Shown here piece by piece: positions 19,270-28,426 of a stretch of DNA of 64,000 nucleotides. The stretch is taken from assembly GCA_023132255.1 (NCBI GenBank), contig JAGLYK010000011.1, forward strand, positions 5,847 through 69,846, written 5' to 3'. Under the pieces are notes generated by a model. The model was not told the origin of the DNA, made no database searches, and was given only the letters and a program-made list of their open reading frames with translations. The position numbers and the translations under genes were made by a program. Within the stretch, counting starts at the first letter, position 1, and each line of letters opens with the position of its first letter. The stretch comes from Candidatus Pacearchaeota archaeon (GTDB lineage Archaea > Nanobdellota > Nanobdellia > Pacearchaeales > GW2011-AR1).

Positions 19270-19653
19270 TCAAATTCTTTTTATTTCCTGAATGTATTCT
19301 TTCTCTTTTTTTATTGAAGTCAGGTAATGTTTTAATAAATCTTTTATAAGTTTTCCTTGACTATTCATAATGTTTATTATTTCTTCTCTTCCTAATTCTT
19401 CAAAATTAGTTCCGCTTAAATCTTCCCATAAATTAGCTATTTTTTCCAGTTCAATTTGTTTTTGTTTAATTTGCTTTTCTTTTTCAATAATCCCTTTTGC
19501 CGGGTTTTTTTGAATTTCTTTTAAAACATTCTCTATTTTTTTTATTTCTGAAAATTTTTTCTTTATTTTTTGTTCTTCTTTATCAAATTGTAAGTCTTTA
19601 ACAATTGGATTGAAATTTGCTTTTTTCCCTGTTCTTCTGATTATTTTTATCAT
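19270..19653 (-). CDS. Small basic coiled-coil protein, probable partner of ParA.
   Basis: Start overlaps the parA stop (19653/19655); K/E-rich helical sequence. Confidence 0.4.
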   Translation of the reverse strand: MIKIIRRTGKKANFNPIVKDLQFDKEEQKIKKKFSEIKKIENVLKEIQKNPAKGIIEKEKQIKQKQIELEKIANLWEDLSGTNFEELGREEIINIMNSQGKLIKDLLKHYLTSIKKEKEYIQEIKRI

Positions 19654-19654
19654 T

Positions 19655-20488
19655 TTATTTTCTTAATGGAATTTTTCCTTGTTTATCAAAAGTCCCTATT
19701 TTTTTATCAAGTTTCATCCTTATTTTTTCATTTAATAAAATTTCTTTAACAATTTTTTTATAAGCTCTTCCTGCTTTACTCCAAGGTTGATAATGTGATA
19801 TTGGAACTCCTTTAGCATGGGTTCCATATATGTAGTTTGAATAAGGTATTAAAAAAACATTTTTTTCTAAAAGTTTTTCAGTCTCTTTTTGAATTTCTTT
19901 GGCTTGGTTTTTTCTAAATAAGGAAAATCCCTGGGTTTTTGTAACTAAGGCCATTTCTATGTTTAAATCTAAACCCAGTTTTGCAAGAAAATTTCCAAAA
20001 GAATCTTTTAGGACTTTAACACCTTCGAGAGCAAAAATTCCCGGGTCAAGCACAAGAATAACGCTATCTGCCGCAACCATGCCATTAATTATGAAATGGC
20101 TGTGAACAGGAGGGGTATCAATAAGAATATAGTCATAGTAATCTTTTATGTTTTTTAGAGCATCCTTTAAATGAGTAGCGTCGCTCTTTTTTTTATAAGA
20201 TCTTAAATTAATCATGTCTAATGTATGATCTGCTGGTGCGAGATGTAAGTTACGGATATTGGTTTTGAGAATAATATCTTTAATTTTTGTTTTTTTATTT
20301 TTCATTACTCTGTACATACTATTTACTAAAGTTCTTTTGTCAATCCCTAATCCTGAAGTAGCGTTTCCTTGAGGGTCTAAATCAACAACTAAAATTTTTT
20401 TCCCTGATTTAGCCAAATAACCTGCAATACTTAAGCAAGAAGTGGTTTTTCCGGTGCCTCCTTTATAATGCGCAAATGTTATTATCAT
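19655..20488 (-). CDS. parA: ParA/MinD/Soj-family ATPase.
   Basis: Deviant Walker A KGGTGKTT and VVDLDPQGN. Confidence 0.8.
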   Translation of the reverse strand: MIITFAHYKGGTGKTTSCLSIAGYLAKSGKKILVVDLDPQGNATSGLGIDKRTLVNSMYRVMKNKKTKIKDIILKTNIRNLHLAPADHTLDMINLRSYKKKSDATHLKDALKNIKDYYDYILIDTPPVHSHFIINGMVAADSVILVLDPGIFALEGVKVLKDSFGNFLAKLGLDLNIEMALVTKTQGFSLFRKNQAKEIQKETEKLLEKNVFLIPYSNYIYGTHAKGVPISHYQPWSKAGRAYKKIVKEILLNEKIRMKLDKKIGTFDKQGKIPLRK

Positions 20489-20643
20489 TTTAAATGAAAG
20501 CTAACCAAATTATATAAATGTTTTTCTTATTAGCCGAACTAAAGCATGGTTGTTCAAGAGCATCTGCTTTCTAATCAGGCAGCTGATTATTTTCAGAATA
20601 AAATGCATTAAACTTTTAAAGCGCGAAGGGTTCAGTTCATTAT

Positions 20644-20780
20644 GGTCCTGTAGCTCAGTTTGGATAGAGCGACTGCCTTCTAATTAGTAAAGAAGAATCT
20701 GGAAACTAAAGTTTCCATTAGCCTCTTCATAAAATAAAGAGGGAAGCAGTAGGTCGCAGGTTCAAATCCTGTCAGGGCCA
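20644..20780 (+). tRNA. tRNA-Arg (anticodon UCU) with a 62-nt intron at the canonical 37/38 position.
   Basis: Acceptor GGTCCTG/CAGGGCC, D-arm GCTC-AGTTTGGATA-GAGC, anticodon stem ACTGC/GCAGT, loop CUUCUAA, T-arm GCAGG-TTCAAAT-CCTGT. Intron 20683-20744 contains hairpin GGAAACTaaAGTTTCC. Confidence 0.7.
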
Positions 20781-20802
20781 TTTTGTTTAGAAGTTGATTT
20801 TT

Positions 20803-20918
20803 ACCTGCTCGCAGGTTCTGCTCCCGACTCCGTACAGGTATTGATATTCAATTTTGTCCCTACCATCCCATGGGATACTGCCTCACTTCGTTCCCAGCAC
20901 AAGAACCTGCAAGCAGGT
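20803..20918 (+). ncRNA. Candidate structured small RNA (strand uncertain) closed by a terminal helix of about 17 bp.
   Basis: ACCTGCTCGCAGGTTCTGCT pairs with AGCACAAGAACCTGCAAGCAGGT. Local GC is far above the genome background, with no credible ORF. Confidence 0.4.
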
Positions 20919-21003
20919 GACTCAACTTTGTTGAGCCTCGGAAATCGCTCTCTGTCAAGGGGCATAAATATCTTTAAATAAGCCTTTTCTTTAATTTTTT
21001 CAT

Positions 21004-21076
21004 GCGAAGATGGCACAGCGGTTACTGCATTCGGTTGCAGCCCGAATTTTCCCGGGTTCGAATCCCGGTCTTCGCT
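21004..21076 (+). tRNA. tRNA-Cys (anticodon GCA).
   Basis: Acceptor GCGAAGA/TCTTCGC, anticodon stem TTCGG/CCGAA with loop UUGCAGC, T-arm CCGGG-TTCGAAT-CCCGG, discriminator U. Confidence 0.8.
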
Positions 21077-21196
21077 TTTTTGAATTTTTAATTACCGTGA
21101 TTCTTCGAATCCCAACTCCCGATTTTGCTCGTCACTGGATTATACTGCTTCTCTCGCAAAATCGCTCATCTTCACTCTTTAAAATTTAAAAGAAAT

Positions 21197-21988
21197 CTAT
21201 TTAGATTTTTTCCTATATCGTCTTTCAATTGCTAAAAGAATCATGGCTCCGAAAATTGTGAGCATAAAAACATAAATGAACTTGCTGTTTTTTGTGTAAC
21301 TGAGAAATGCTTCGTCTGCACCTTCATCTGGGCTGATTCCTCCTGTGATGCCGCTTCTTCCTGATGCACCTTTGTCTACAGCTGCAATTACCTGACCAGT
21401 TCCTGTTAATTTTACTTCTCCTTTAGTAAAAAGAACTTTTTTATTTTCATCCATAACTTTAATATTATAGACTCCTTCAGGAGCAACCAATCTATAAGAG
21501 ACTGATTCCCCTAGATTAAGATTGGGATTTTTAGACCCTGTTGTACTACCTATTGTGATATAAATTTCTTTATCATATATTGTATTTCCTATATTTGTTA
21601 AGATTAATTCTTCTCCTTCAATTTTTACATCAATTAATTTACTCTTGCTAATTCTAAAAGATTCTTTTATTTCCACATTTTTATAGGTTATTATTATTTC
21701 TCCTTCCCCTGCTAAGATATTTTCAGGTAATTGTATCTCTTGAAAAGTATTTGATTTAATTGTTATTTCTTTTATTATATCTTCCCTAATATCTTTTAAA
21801 ATTAATGAAACATCATTTTGAACCGGATTATTATTTGAATCATAAATTATTATTTTTAATTGAATGATCTTTCCCGGCTCAAAAATTTTGTCTTCAGGGA
21901 TTGTTGATACTTCTAATTTGTAATCTTGAGCCACGACAATAGATGTTAAAAACATCATGATGAAAATTAAGATAAACTTTTTTCTCAT
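21197..21988 (-). CDS. Secreted protein with C-terminal TM anchor.
   Basis: Signal peptide MRKKFILIFIMMFLTSIVVAQ; C-terminal FIYVFMLTIFGAMILLAIERRYRKK. Confidence 0.45.
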   Translation of the reverse strand: MRKKFILIFIMMFLTSIVVAQDYKLEVSTIPEDKIFEPGKIIQLKIIIYDSNNNPVQNDVSLILKDIREDIIKEITIKSNTFQEIQLPENILAGEGEIIITYKNVEIKESFRISKSKLIDVKIEGEELILTNIGNTIYDKEIYITIGSTTGSKNPNLNLGESVSYRLVAPEGVYNIKVMDENKKVLFTKGEVKLTGTGQVIAAVDKGASGRSGITGGISPDEGADEAFLSYTKNSKFIYVFMLTIFGAMILLAIERRYRKKSK

Positions 21989-22068
21989 GTTTATTATTAT
22001 TTTTGAATGTATTTAAATATTTTGATTTTTTTGGCAAAGTATTTAAAATAGGAAATTTATTTATTATT

Positions 22069-24132
22069 ATGAATAAAAAGAGAATTAGAAAGGAACATAT
22101 TGTAACTTATTTGTTTGTGTTTGTATTTATTGGGTTGGCTATTGGAGGATTATATTTTTTAAATGTTTCAATGACTGGTTTTGCTGTTTATACTTTTGGT
22201 CCTGGAGAGGGGCAGACAACTTTGATGTTGCAAGATGCAGATTCAGATAACTTAGGTGATGCTTATGTAGGAAGTGGGGGGGACGCGAGTCATAATTTTG
22301 GAACCTCTAATCTTTTAAAAACCGGAAGTGTTGCTAGAACATATATTAATTTTAATATTTCCGGAATTCCTTTTAATCAAAACATAGATAATGCAACACT
22401 TTGTTTGTATGTTCTTAATACTAAAAAAACCCAAATAGTAAATGTTAGCCATGTTTATTCTGATTGGGATGAATCAGCTTTAACTTGGAATAATCAGCCT
22501 TGTGGAACTGGTTTTGATAATTCTTCTGCTTGTAATTTGACTGCAGAGTCTTTTGTTCAGCTGGATTCAACATCAAATCTATGGAGGTGTTGGGATGTTA
22601 CAAATACGGTTGGGGAAGATTATGATTCAGGTGATGATAATGTTTCTATGGTTTTATATACTTTAGACGCAGATATTAATTCTTTTAATTCAAAAGAAGC
22701 TTTAGATTCTAGTTTAAGGCCTTATCTTAATGTAACTTATCATCTTGCAAATTCAGCACCTATAATAAATTTGATTGAACCTCAAGACCAATTATATCTC
22801 TCAAATGAATCTCTTGCTTTGGATTTTACTGTTTTTGATCATGATGATAATTTAAATTCGTGTTGGTATAATTTAGATGATGGAGCAAATATAACTTTAG
22901 CAAGTTGTGCAAATACAACTTTTAGTATTGCTGAAGGTTCACATGTTTTGAAGATTTATACAAATGATTCTTTAGGATTAGAATCAAGTGATAGTGCTGG
23001 TTTTGATGTTGATTCAACAGGAGTTTTTGTTTCAGTTACAGAGCCGACAGGAGAGAAAACTTCAAGGACAGGAATTCCTATTACTTATTCTGTTGTGGGG
23101 GATGATTTAACTTGCTGGTATAATGTTAAGACTTCTATTGGAGGAGCAGTGATTGATAACACGACTTTGGAAAATTGCTCTGGTTCAACTTTTGATGTTT
23201 CAACTGACGGCGACTATATTTTTAATTTATATTTAAACAATAGTTTTGGAAATTCTGGTTTAGATAATTCTAATTTTTCAGTTGATACTTCTTCAGATTC
23301 TTCTTCAAGTTCGAGTTCTTCGTCATCATCTGGTGGTGGAGGCGGTTCTGGCGGAGGGACAGTTGTTCTTTCAGGAAGGAATAAATTAGAAATTAATCCC
23401 CTTTCAAATTTAGTTGCTAATCCCGGGGACACTAAAAAATTAACACTGCATGTTAAAAATATTGGAACGAATTTTTTAAATGACTGCAAAATTAAAGCAA
23501 GTGAAAAATCTTCTTTTTGGATTTCTTCTGATGAGTTAAAGAATTTAGCGGCTGGAGAAGAATATGGTTTTGATTTTGATTTAAATGTTCTGGATGATGC
23601 AGAGTCAGGGGAGTATATTTTGGACTTGTTTCTTGAATGCAAGGAATTAGAAATGTCTGTTGATTTTGTTGTTGAAGTTATAGAACAGAGATTGTTGTTT
23701 GAATTAGTTAATGTTGAAAGAATAAGTGATGAGGAAGTTAGGGTTGTTTATTTTTTAGAGGAGCTTTCAGGATTGGAACAGGAAGTTGAATTGCAGTTTT
23801 TGCTTTTGGGAAGCAGCGACGAGAAAGCAGCAGAGATTAAAGAGACCCGGTTTATTTCTGCTAATTCTCAGGCAGAGTTTAGCATTTTGATACCTGTGGA
23901 TTCTTCCTTGGAAGGGGATTTGAATTTATTAGTTAATCTGAATTCTAAGACATATTCAACTTTTGTCCAAGAGAATATTATTTTAGGAAGTCCTATAAGT
24001 GGTTTTACTGTATTTGGTGAAAGGTGGGATATGAATACTGTGCTTAGTGTTATATTTGTTATCTTATTTTTAGTGTTTGCATTTTTTATAATTAGAAGAA
24101 TTCTTAAACTGAGGAAGAAATCTAAGAAATAA
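22069..24132 (+). CDS. Surface protein with N-terminal TM, Ser/Gly linker and C-terminal TM.
   Basis: MNKKRIRKEHIVTYLFVFVFIGLAIGGLYF, then SSDSSSSSSSSSSSGGGGGSGGG, and a C-terminal TM plus KLRKKSKK. The ORF is open from 22003. Confidence 0.45.
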   Translation: MNKKRIRKEHIVTYLFVFVFIGLAIGGLYFLNVSMTGFAVYTFGPGEGQTTLMLQDADSDNLGDAYVGSGGDASHNFGTSNLLKTGSVARTYINFNISGIPFNQNIDNATLCLYVLNTKKTQIVNVSHVYSDWDESALTWNNQPCGTGFDNSSACNLTAESFVQLDSTSNLWRCWDVTNTVGEDYDSGDDNVSMVLYTLDADINSFNSKEALDSSLRPYLNVTYHLANSAPIINLIEPQDQLYLSNESLALDFTVFDHDDNLNSCWYNLDDGANITLASCANTTFSIAEGSHVLKIYTNDSLGLESSDSAGFDVDSTGVFVSVTEPTGEKTSRTGIPITYSVVGDDLTCWYNVKTSIGGAVIDNTTLENCSGSTFDVSTDGDYIFNLYLNNSFGNSGLDNSNFSVDTSSDSSSSSSSSSSSGGGGGSGGGTVVLSGRNKLEINPLSNLVANPGDTKKLTLHVKNIGTNFLNDCKIKASEKSSFWISSDELKNLAAGEEYGFDFDLNVLDDAESGEYILDLFLECKELEMSVDFVVEVIEQRLLFELVNVERISDEEVRVVYFLEELSGLEQEVELQFLLLGSSDEKAAEIKETRFISANSQAEFSILIPVDSSLEGDLNLLVNLNSKTYSTFVQENIILGSPISGFTVFGERWDMNTVLSVIFVILFLVFAFFIIRRILKLRKKSKK

Positions 24133-24151
24133 TAAATTTTAAATAGAGGTA

Positions 24152-26101
24152 GTGGTTAACTTTCTGATGGCTTTTATAGTTAAGAAAACAATCAGTGGAA
24201 AAGATTATTATTATCTTAATGAGAATAAACGTGTTGATGGCAAGGTAAAAACAAAAACTTTGGCTTATCTTGGCAAGACGAAAAGGGATGCCAAAAAGAA
24301 AGCTAAAGAAATTTTGGCAAGTTTGCCTAAGACAAAAGGAAGAACCTTTAGCCCGTCCGCGAAAGTCACGAACAATGGGTCGCTTCGCTCTCCGTCGTCC
24401 GCCGAAGTGAAGTTAAAACTTCCCATTCGTTCGTCTATAAGCCAAACGAAAGCATCGTCGAACGAAAGGCAACCTAAAGGGGCTGAAAAGAAAAGAAGGG
24501 AAATGATGAAAGGAAAAGTTGAAGAGAAAACTAAGATTAAGGAAATGAAGTCCCACAGGGATCACCCTAACGGGCGTAAAAAGAAAGTTAATCTTAGTCG
24601 GGGGGAAAAAACAGAAAAAATATTTTCAATGGCGAACACAAGGGGTTTCTTTTTTAATACCGCAAGTATTTATGGAGGGAAGGCAGGATTTTTTACTTAT
24701 GGACATTTGGGTAAATTGCTTAAAACTAATTGGGAGAATTTATGGAGAGAATATTATTTAAATTTAAATGATAATTTTTATGAGATTCAAAGCAACAGTA
24801 TACTTCCTGAGCCTGTTTTTGTTGCTTCTGGACATATAGAAAGTTTTAATGACCCTATGGTTGAGTGTAAAAAATGCCATGCGCGGTTTAGAGTGGATAA
24901 TCTTTTAGAAGATGAAGGTTTGGAAGATGTTGAAGTTCTTTCTGTTGAGGAGATGGACAAGGAGATTAAGGAAAGAAGTTTAAAATGTAAAAGATGTAAA
25001 GGAGATTTCGCAGGTGTAATGCAATTTAATATGATGTTTCCTGTTAATGTGGGTATAGGTCAAAATAGCAAGTCTTACTTGGGCCCTGAAACTGCTCAGG
25101 GTGCTTATTTAACTTTTAAAGATGAATTTTTAGCAACGAGAAGCAGAATTCCTTTAGGATTGGCAATTATTGACAAAGCATATCGAAATGAAATTTCTCC
25201 CAGACAGGGTTTTTTTAGGTTAAGAGAATTTTCCCAGGCAGAATTACAAATATTTTTTGATCCTGATAAAATAAATGAACATGAAAAATGGGAAGAAGTC
25301 AAAAACAAAAAGTTATATGTTAAATTTGTAGAAGATAAAAAAATAACTGAGATAAGCTGTGAAGATCTTAACCAGAAAAAAAAGATTCCTAAATTTTACG
25401 TTTATCATGCTTTGAAGGTTCAGGATTTTTATTTAGGAGTTCTTAAAATTCCGAAAGAAAAATTTAGGTTTAGAGAATTGAGTGAAAAAGAAAGAGCATT
25501 TTATAATAAGATTCATTTTGATGTTGAGATTATTTTAGATACTGTTGGAGGTTTTAAAGAAGTAGGAGGTGTTCACTATCGGACAGACCATGATTTGGCA
25601 GGGCATCAAAAAGTTTCTGGAAAAAATTTATCAGTGAGTGTCGACGGGAAAAAATTTATCCCTCATGTTTTGGAATTAAGTTTTGGCGTGGATAGAAATG
25701 TTTTTTCTTTTTTGGATGTATTTTTTGATAAAGGCAAGGAAGGATTTATTTTTAGTTTTCCTCCAAAACTCGCACCTATTAAAGCAGCAATTTTTCCGAT
25801 TGTCAAGCAAAAAGAGTTTGAGAAAATTTCTGAAGAGGTGTTTAATGATTTGAAAAAAGAATGGAATGTTGTTTATGACAAGTCCGGAAGTATTGGAAGA
25901 AGATATGCACGGAACGATGAAATTGGAACGCCCTTTTGTATAACTGTCGACGGGGATTCTTTGAAAAATAAAGATGTGACTATTCGTAACAGGAATACTG
26001 CAAAGCAAATTCGTGTGAAAATTTCTGAACTTAAAAATGTATTAAGAAAGTTAATTAATGAAGAAGTTGAATTTAGGAGTGCAGGAAAGTTAATCAAGTA
26101 G
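24152..26101 (+). CDS. glyS: Glycyl-tRNA synthetase (archaeal/eukaryal alpha2 type) with a Lys-rich N-terminal extension of about 160 aa.
   Basis: Core begins RGFFFNTASIYGGKAGFFTYGHLG. The N-terminal extension contains a GC-rich patch at 24340-24480. Confidence 0.75.
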   Translation: MVNFLMAFIVKKTISGKDYYYLNENKRVDGKVKTKTLAYLGKTKRDAKKKAKEILASLPKTKGRTFSPSAKVTNNGSLRSPSSAEVKLKLPIRSSISQTKASSNERQPKGAEKKRREMMKGKVEEKTKIKEMKSHRDHPNGRKKKVNLSRGEKTEKIFSMANTRGFFFNTASIYGGKAGFFTYGHLGKLLKTNWENLWREYYLNLNDNFYEIQSNSILPEPVFVASGHIESFNDPMVECKKCHARFRVDNLLEDEGLEDVEVLSVEEMDKEIKERSLKCKRCKGDFAGVMQFNMMFPVNVGIGQNSKSYLGPETAQGAYLTFKDEFLATRSRIPLGLAIIDKAYRNEISPRQGFFRLREFSQAELQIFFDPDKINEHEKWEEVKNKKLYVKFVEDKKITEISCEDLNQKKKIPKFYVYHALKVQDFYLGVLKIPKEKFRFRELSEKERAFYNKIHFDVEIILDTVGGFKEVGGVHYRTDHDLAGHQKVSGKNLSVSVDGKKFIPHVLELSFGVDRNVFSFLDVFFDKGKEGFIFSFPPKLAPIKAAIFPIVKQKEFEKISEEVFNDLKKEWNVVYDKSGSIGRRYARNDEIGTPFCITVDGDSLKNKDVTIRNRNTAKQIRVKISELKNVLRKLINEEVEFRSAGKLIK

Positions 26102-26262
26102 TTTTTTTGTCGTCGGTAAATAAAGATTACTGAAGATTTTTTAAACAGAGGGAGTTTTAATATTATTTTAATTCTTGTTGTATAAAAAACTTAAAAAGAA
26201 AAGGGCAAAGTTTTTTAAATTAGTTATTCTTAATATAGTTAATTAAATTGAGGTGATAAAAT

Positions 26263-26457
26263 ATGGCAAAAGCAAAAACACCAAAACAAATTGCTTTGAG
26301 AATAAAACAGCTTAAGAAACAAGTATCAAAACTTGAAACACAAAAGAAGAAAGCAGTTGCTACAGTAAAGAAGAAACCAGCAAAGAGAAAAGCAGTTAAG
26401 AGAAAAGTTGTGAAGAGAAAAGCGAAAAAGAAACCTGCGAGAAGAAGGAGAAGATAA
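26263..26457 (+). CDS. Very basic 64-aa protein (K/R-rich, putative nucleic-acid binding).
   Basis: AKRKAVKRKVVKRKAKKKPARRRRR; strong GGTGAT Shine-Dalgarno-like site upstream. Confidence 0.4.
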   Translation: MAKAKTPKQIALRIKQLKKQVSKLETQKKKAVATVKKKPAKRKAVKRKVVKRKAKKKPARRRRR

Positions 26458-26523
26458 ATTCAATTAATTTTTTATTTTTTATTTTTCAATATCTTTTTAA
26501 ACTGAAAGTTTTTTTATTTTTGT

Positions 26524-26925
26524 ATGAATGAAGAATGTGTTTTTTGTAAAATTGCGAAAGGGGAAGTTCCTTGTTATAAGATTTATGAGGATGAAAATTT
26601 CCTGGCTTTTCTTGACATAACTCCAAGAAACAAAGGGCATACATTGGTGATTCCAAAAAAGCATTGTTGTTGGGTTTGGGACCTGCCAAATGTTGGAGAG
26701 TATTTTGAAGTTGTCAATAAAATAGCAAATGCAATAAGGAAAGCGATGGATACTGAATGGGTTGTTTCTTTAGTAATTGGGGAAGAAATCCCGCACGCGC
26801 ATGTTTGGTTAATCCCTAGATTTGAAGACGACGGGCATGGGAATTTTATTGATATTTCTAAAGTTTTAAAATTTTCCGACAAAGATATGAAAGACATTGC
26901 AGAAAAAATAAAACAGAGAATTTAA
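26524..26925 (+). CDS. HIT-family (histidine triad) hydrolase.
   Basis: CxxC zinc motif FCKIAKGE and histidine triad HAHVWLIP. Confidence 0.8.
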   Translation: MNEECVFCKIAKGEVPCYKIYEDENFLAFLDITPRNKGHTLVIPKKHCCWVWDLPNVGEYFEVVNKIANAIRKAMDTEWVVSLVIGEEIPHAHVWLIPRFEDDGHGNFIDISKVLKFSDKDMKDIAEKIKQRI

Positions 26926-27093
26926 TATTGTAAGCAATAATTTTGAATCAATAGAGTGATTAGTTTCCAATGTTCATTTTCATATTTTACTGAGGAAGAA
27001 AGGTGATGGAGAATTTAGGTTTGTTAGTAAATAAATAATTTTATAAAATTTTTCCACCTCAAGACTTTTAAATTAATCCTTTTTAGTAATATT

Positions 27094-27165
27094 GGCTCTG
27101 TAGCTCAGTGTTAGAGCGCGGCTCTCATGAGGCCGAGGTCGAGAGTTAAATTCTCTTCAGAGCCA
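27094..27165 (+). tRNA. tRNA-Met (anticodon CAU); elongator-type, or possibly Ile2.
   Basis: Acceptor GGCTCTG/CAGAGCC (G1:C72), D-arm GCTC-AGTGTT-AGAGC, anticodon stem CGGCT/GGCCG with loop CUCAUGA, T-arm GAGAG-TTAAATT-CTCTT. Confidence 0.7.
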
Positions 27166-27949
27166 TAATAATGTTTTTTTACGAAAATCTTATAAATCTA
27201 TTTTTCTTAAAAAAATCATGGTTAATGGAGATATAATTTATGCGCTTCCTCAAAGTTTGACTAAAATTATTGCTGCATTTGGAGGAGTTATTTTCCTTTA
27301 TCTTGTTTTTCAAATAATTTTTGTGATTCTTAATAAGAGGAAACAAAAAATTTTAGAATTAATCAGAAAGGATTTGAAAAGATTAGAGAAAAAAATTGAT
27401 ACCCTAACCAAGTAGGTGCAGAGCAAGGGCATAAACGAGAGAGTGAGGAGAAAAGGAATAATAAACACCGCCTGGTGTACCCCAAAATACGGAATTCTGG
27501 GGCAAAAAAATAATTATGGGTTTTGTTTTTCTTGTTTTTTTATTCTTGCTAAAAATCCTGCTATCTGGTTTCTTAACTTTTTACTTGGCATTGTGTTCTT
27601 AAGAATTTTTTTATTTTTATTAAAACTTTCAGTAAACTCAACACCTTTTTTTAGAAAAGTGTTGGATGCTCTTCTTACTAATTTTGATTTTATCTTACCC
27701 ATTGAAGGAAACCAAGGTTTCCTCTCACACACCATCCTTCCTGTTCAGGTGTGCGACTTTTTATAACACTCACGGAAGTCGCGTACAGAAAGTTGAGGAA
27801 ACTTTATTTAATATATATTATGTGAAAATTAGGTTTTAAAATGTTTTGTTTTAATGGAATTGCTAACTTTAGACTTCGCTTGTTCAGGAGACAAAATCTC
27901 TTGTTATGATTCTATACCTTATTTTCATCCCCATATTTTCTTTCTTCCG

Positions 27950-28390
27950 TCATTTTATTACCATAAATCTATTAAAACTACTTTTTTCTATCAAAAACAC
28001 GTCTTCTAAAAGAACAAGTGCTTTTGCTTTTCCTTCTCGTTCTGCTAAAGCATTTGAACTATCTTTTCCAAAACCATACCCTATTTTCTCCAACACATTG
28101 GTTACATATTTCATTCTTGATTCTGGATTACTTCGAGGGATTTCATTTGCAGCATATATTAGTTCCAATTCTTTAATTGTTTCCTGATACTCTTGAATCT
28201 TCTCCCAAGACCATTTTTGGAATTGTGATGCATAATCTTTTGAAAATATTTTTTTTAGAGTATAAATATAAAATGGTTCTAATTCTCTTTCTCCTATTTC
28301 TTGATAATCCTGAATTTCTTCTTGTTTCCATTTCTGAAATATAAGAGGATTTTCGCGAAGGTTTCCGCATTCTATTATTTCTGTTGACAT
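27950..28390 (-). CDS. Hypothetical protein with internal duplication.
   Basis: FQKWKQEEIQDYQE and FQKWSWEKIQEYQE repeats. Confidence 0.35.
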   Translation of the reverse strand: MSTEIIECGNLRENPLIFQKWKQEEIQDYQEIGERELEPFYIYTLKKIFSKDYASQFQKWSWEKIQEYQETIKELELIYAANEIPRSNPESRMKYVTNVLEKIGYGFGKDSSNALAEREGKAKALVLLEDVFLIEKSSFNRFMVIK

Positions 28391-28426
28391 CTTGATATTA
28401 AATTAAAAATTGGTTTTTAAAAGTTT

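Noticed and set aside
20801-21016. 71-aa minus-strand ORF between tRNA-Arg and tRNA-Cys.
   Set aside because: It lies in a GC-rich region forming a long helix and overlaps tRNA-Cys. It has no start context and is more plausibly non-coding RNA.
22003-22068. Upstream extension of the 22069 surface-protein ORF (MNVFKYFDFFGK...).
   Set aside because: It overlaps the divergent promoter region. The MNKKR start, followed by a basic stretch and a TM helix, is the more typical signal-anchor start.
24340-24480. Possibility that the GC-rich patch in the GlyRS extension is an embedded tRNA or ncRNA.
   Set aside because: No acceptor/T-arm pairing could be built. Treated as repeat-derived coding sequence instead.
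27416-27766. Overlapping ORFs 27416-27766 (+) and 27514-27735 (-).
   Set aside because: They overlap each other in a repeat-fragment region. Compositionally atypical, with no recognisable domains.
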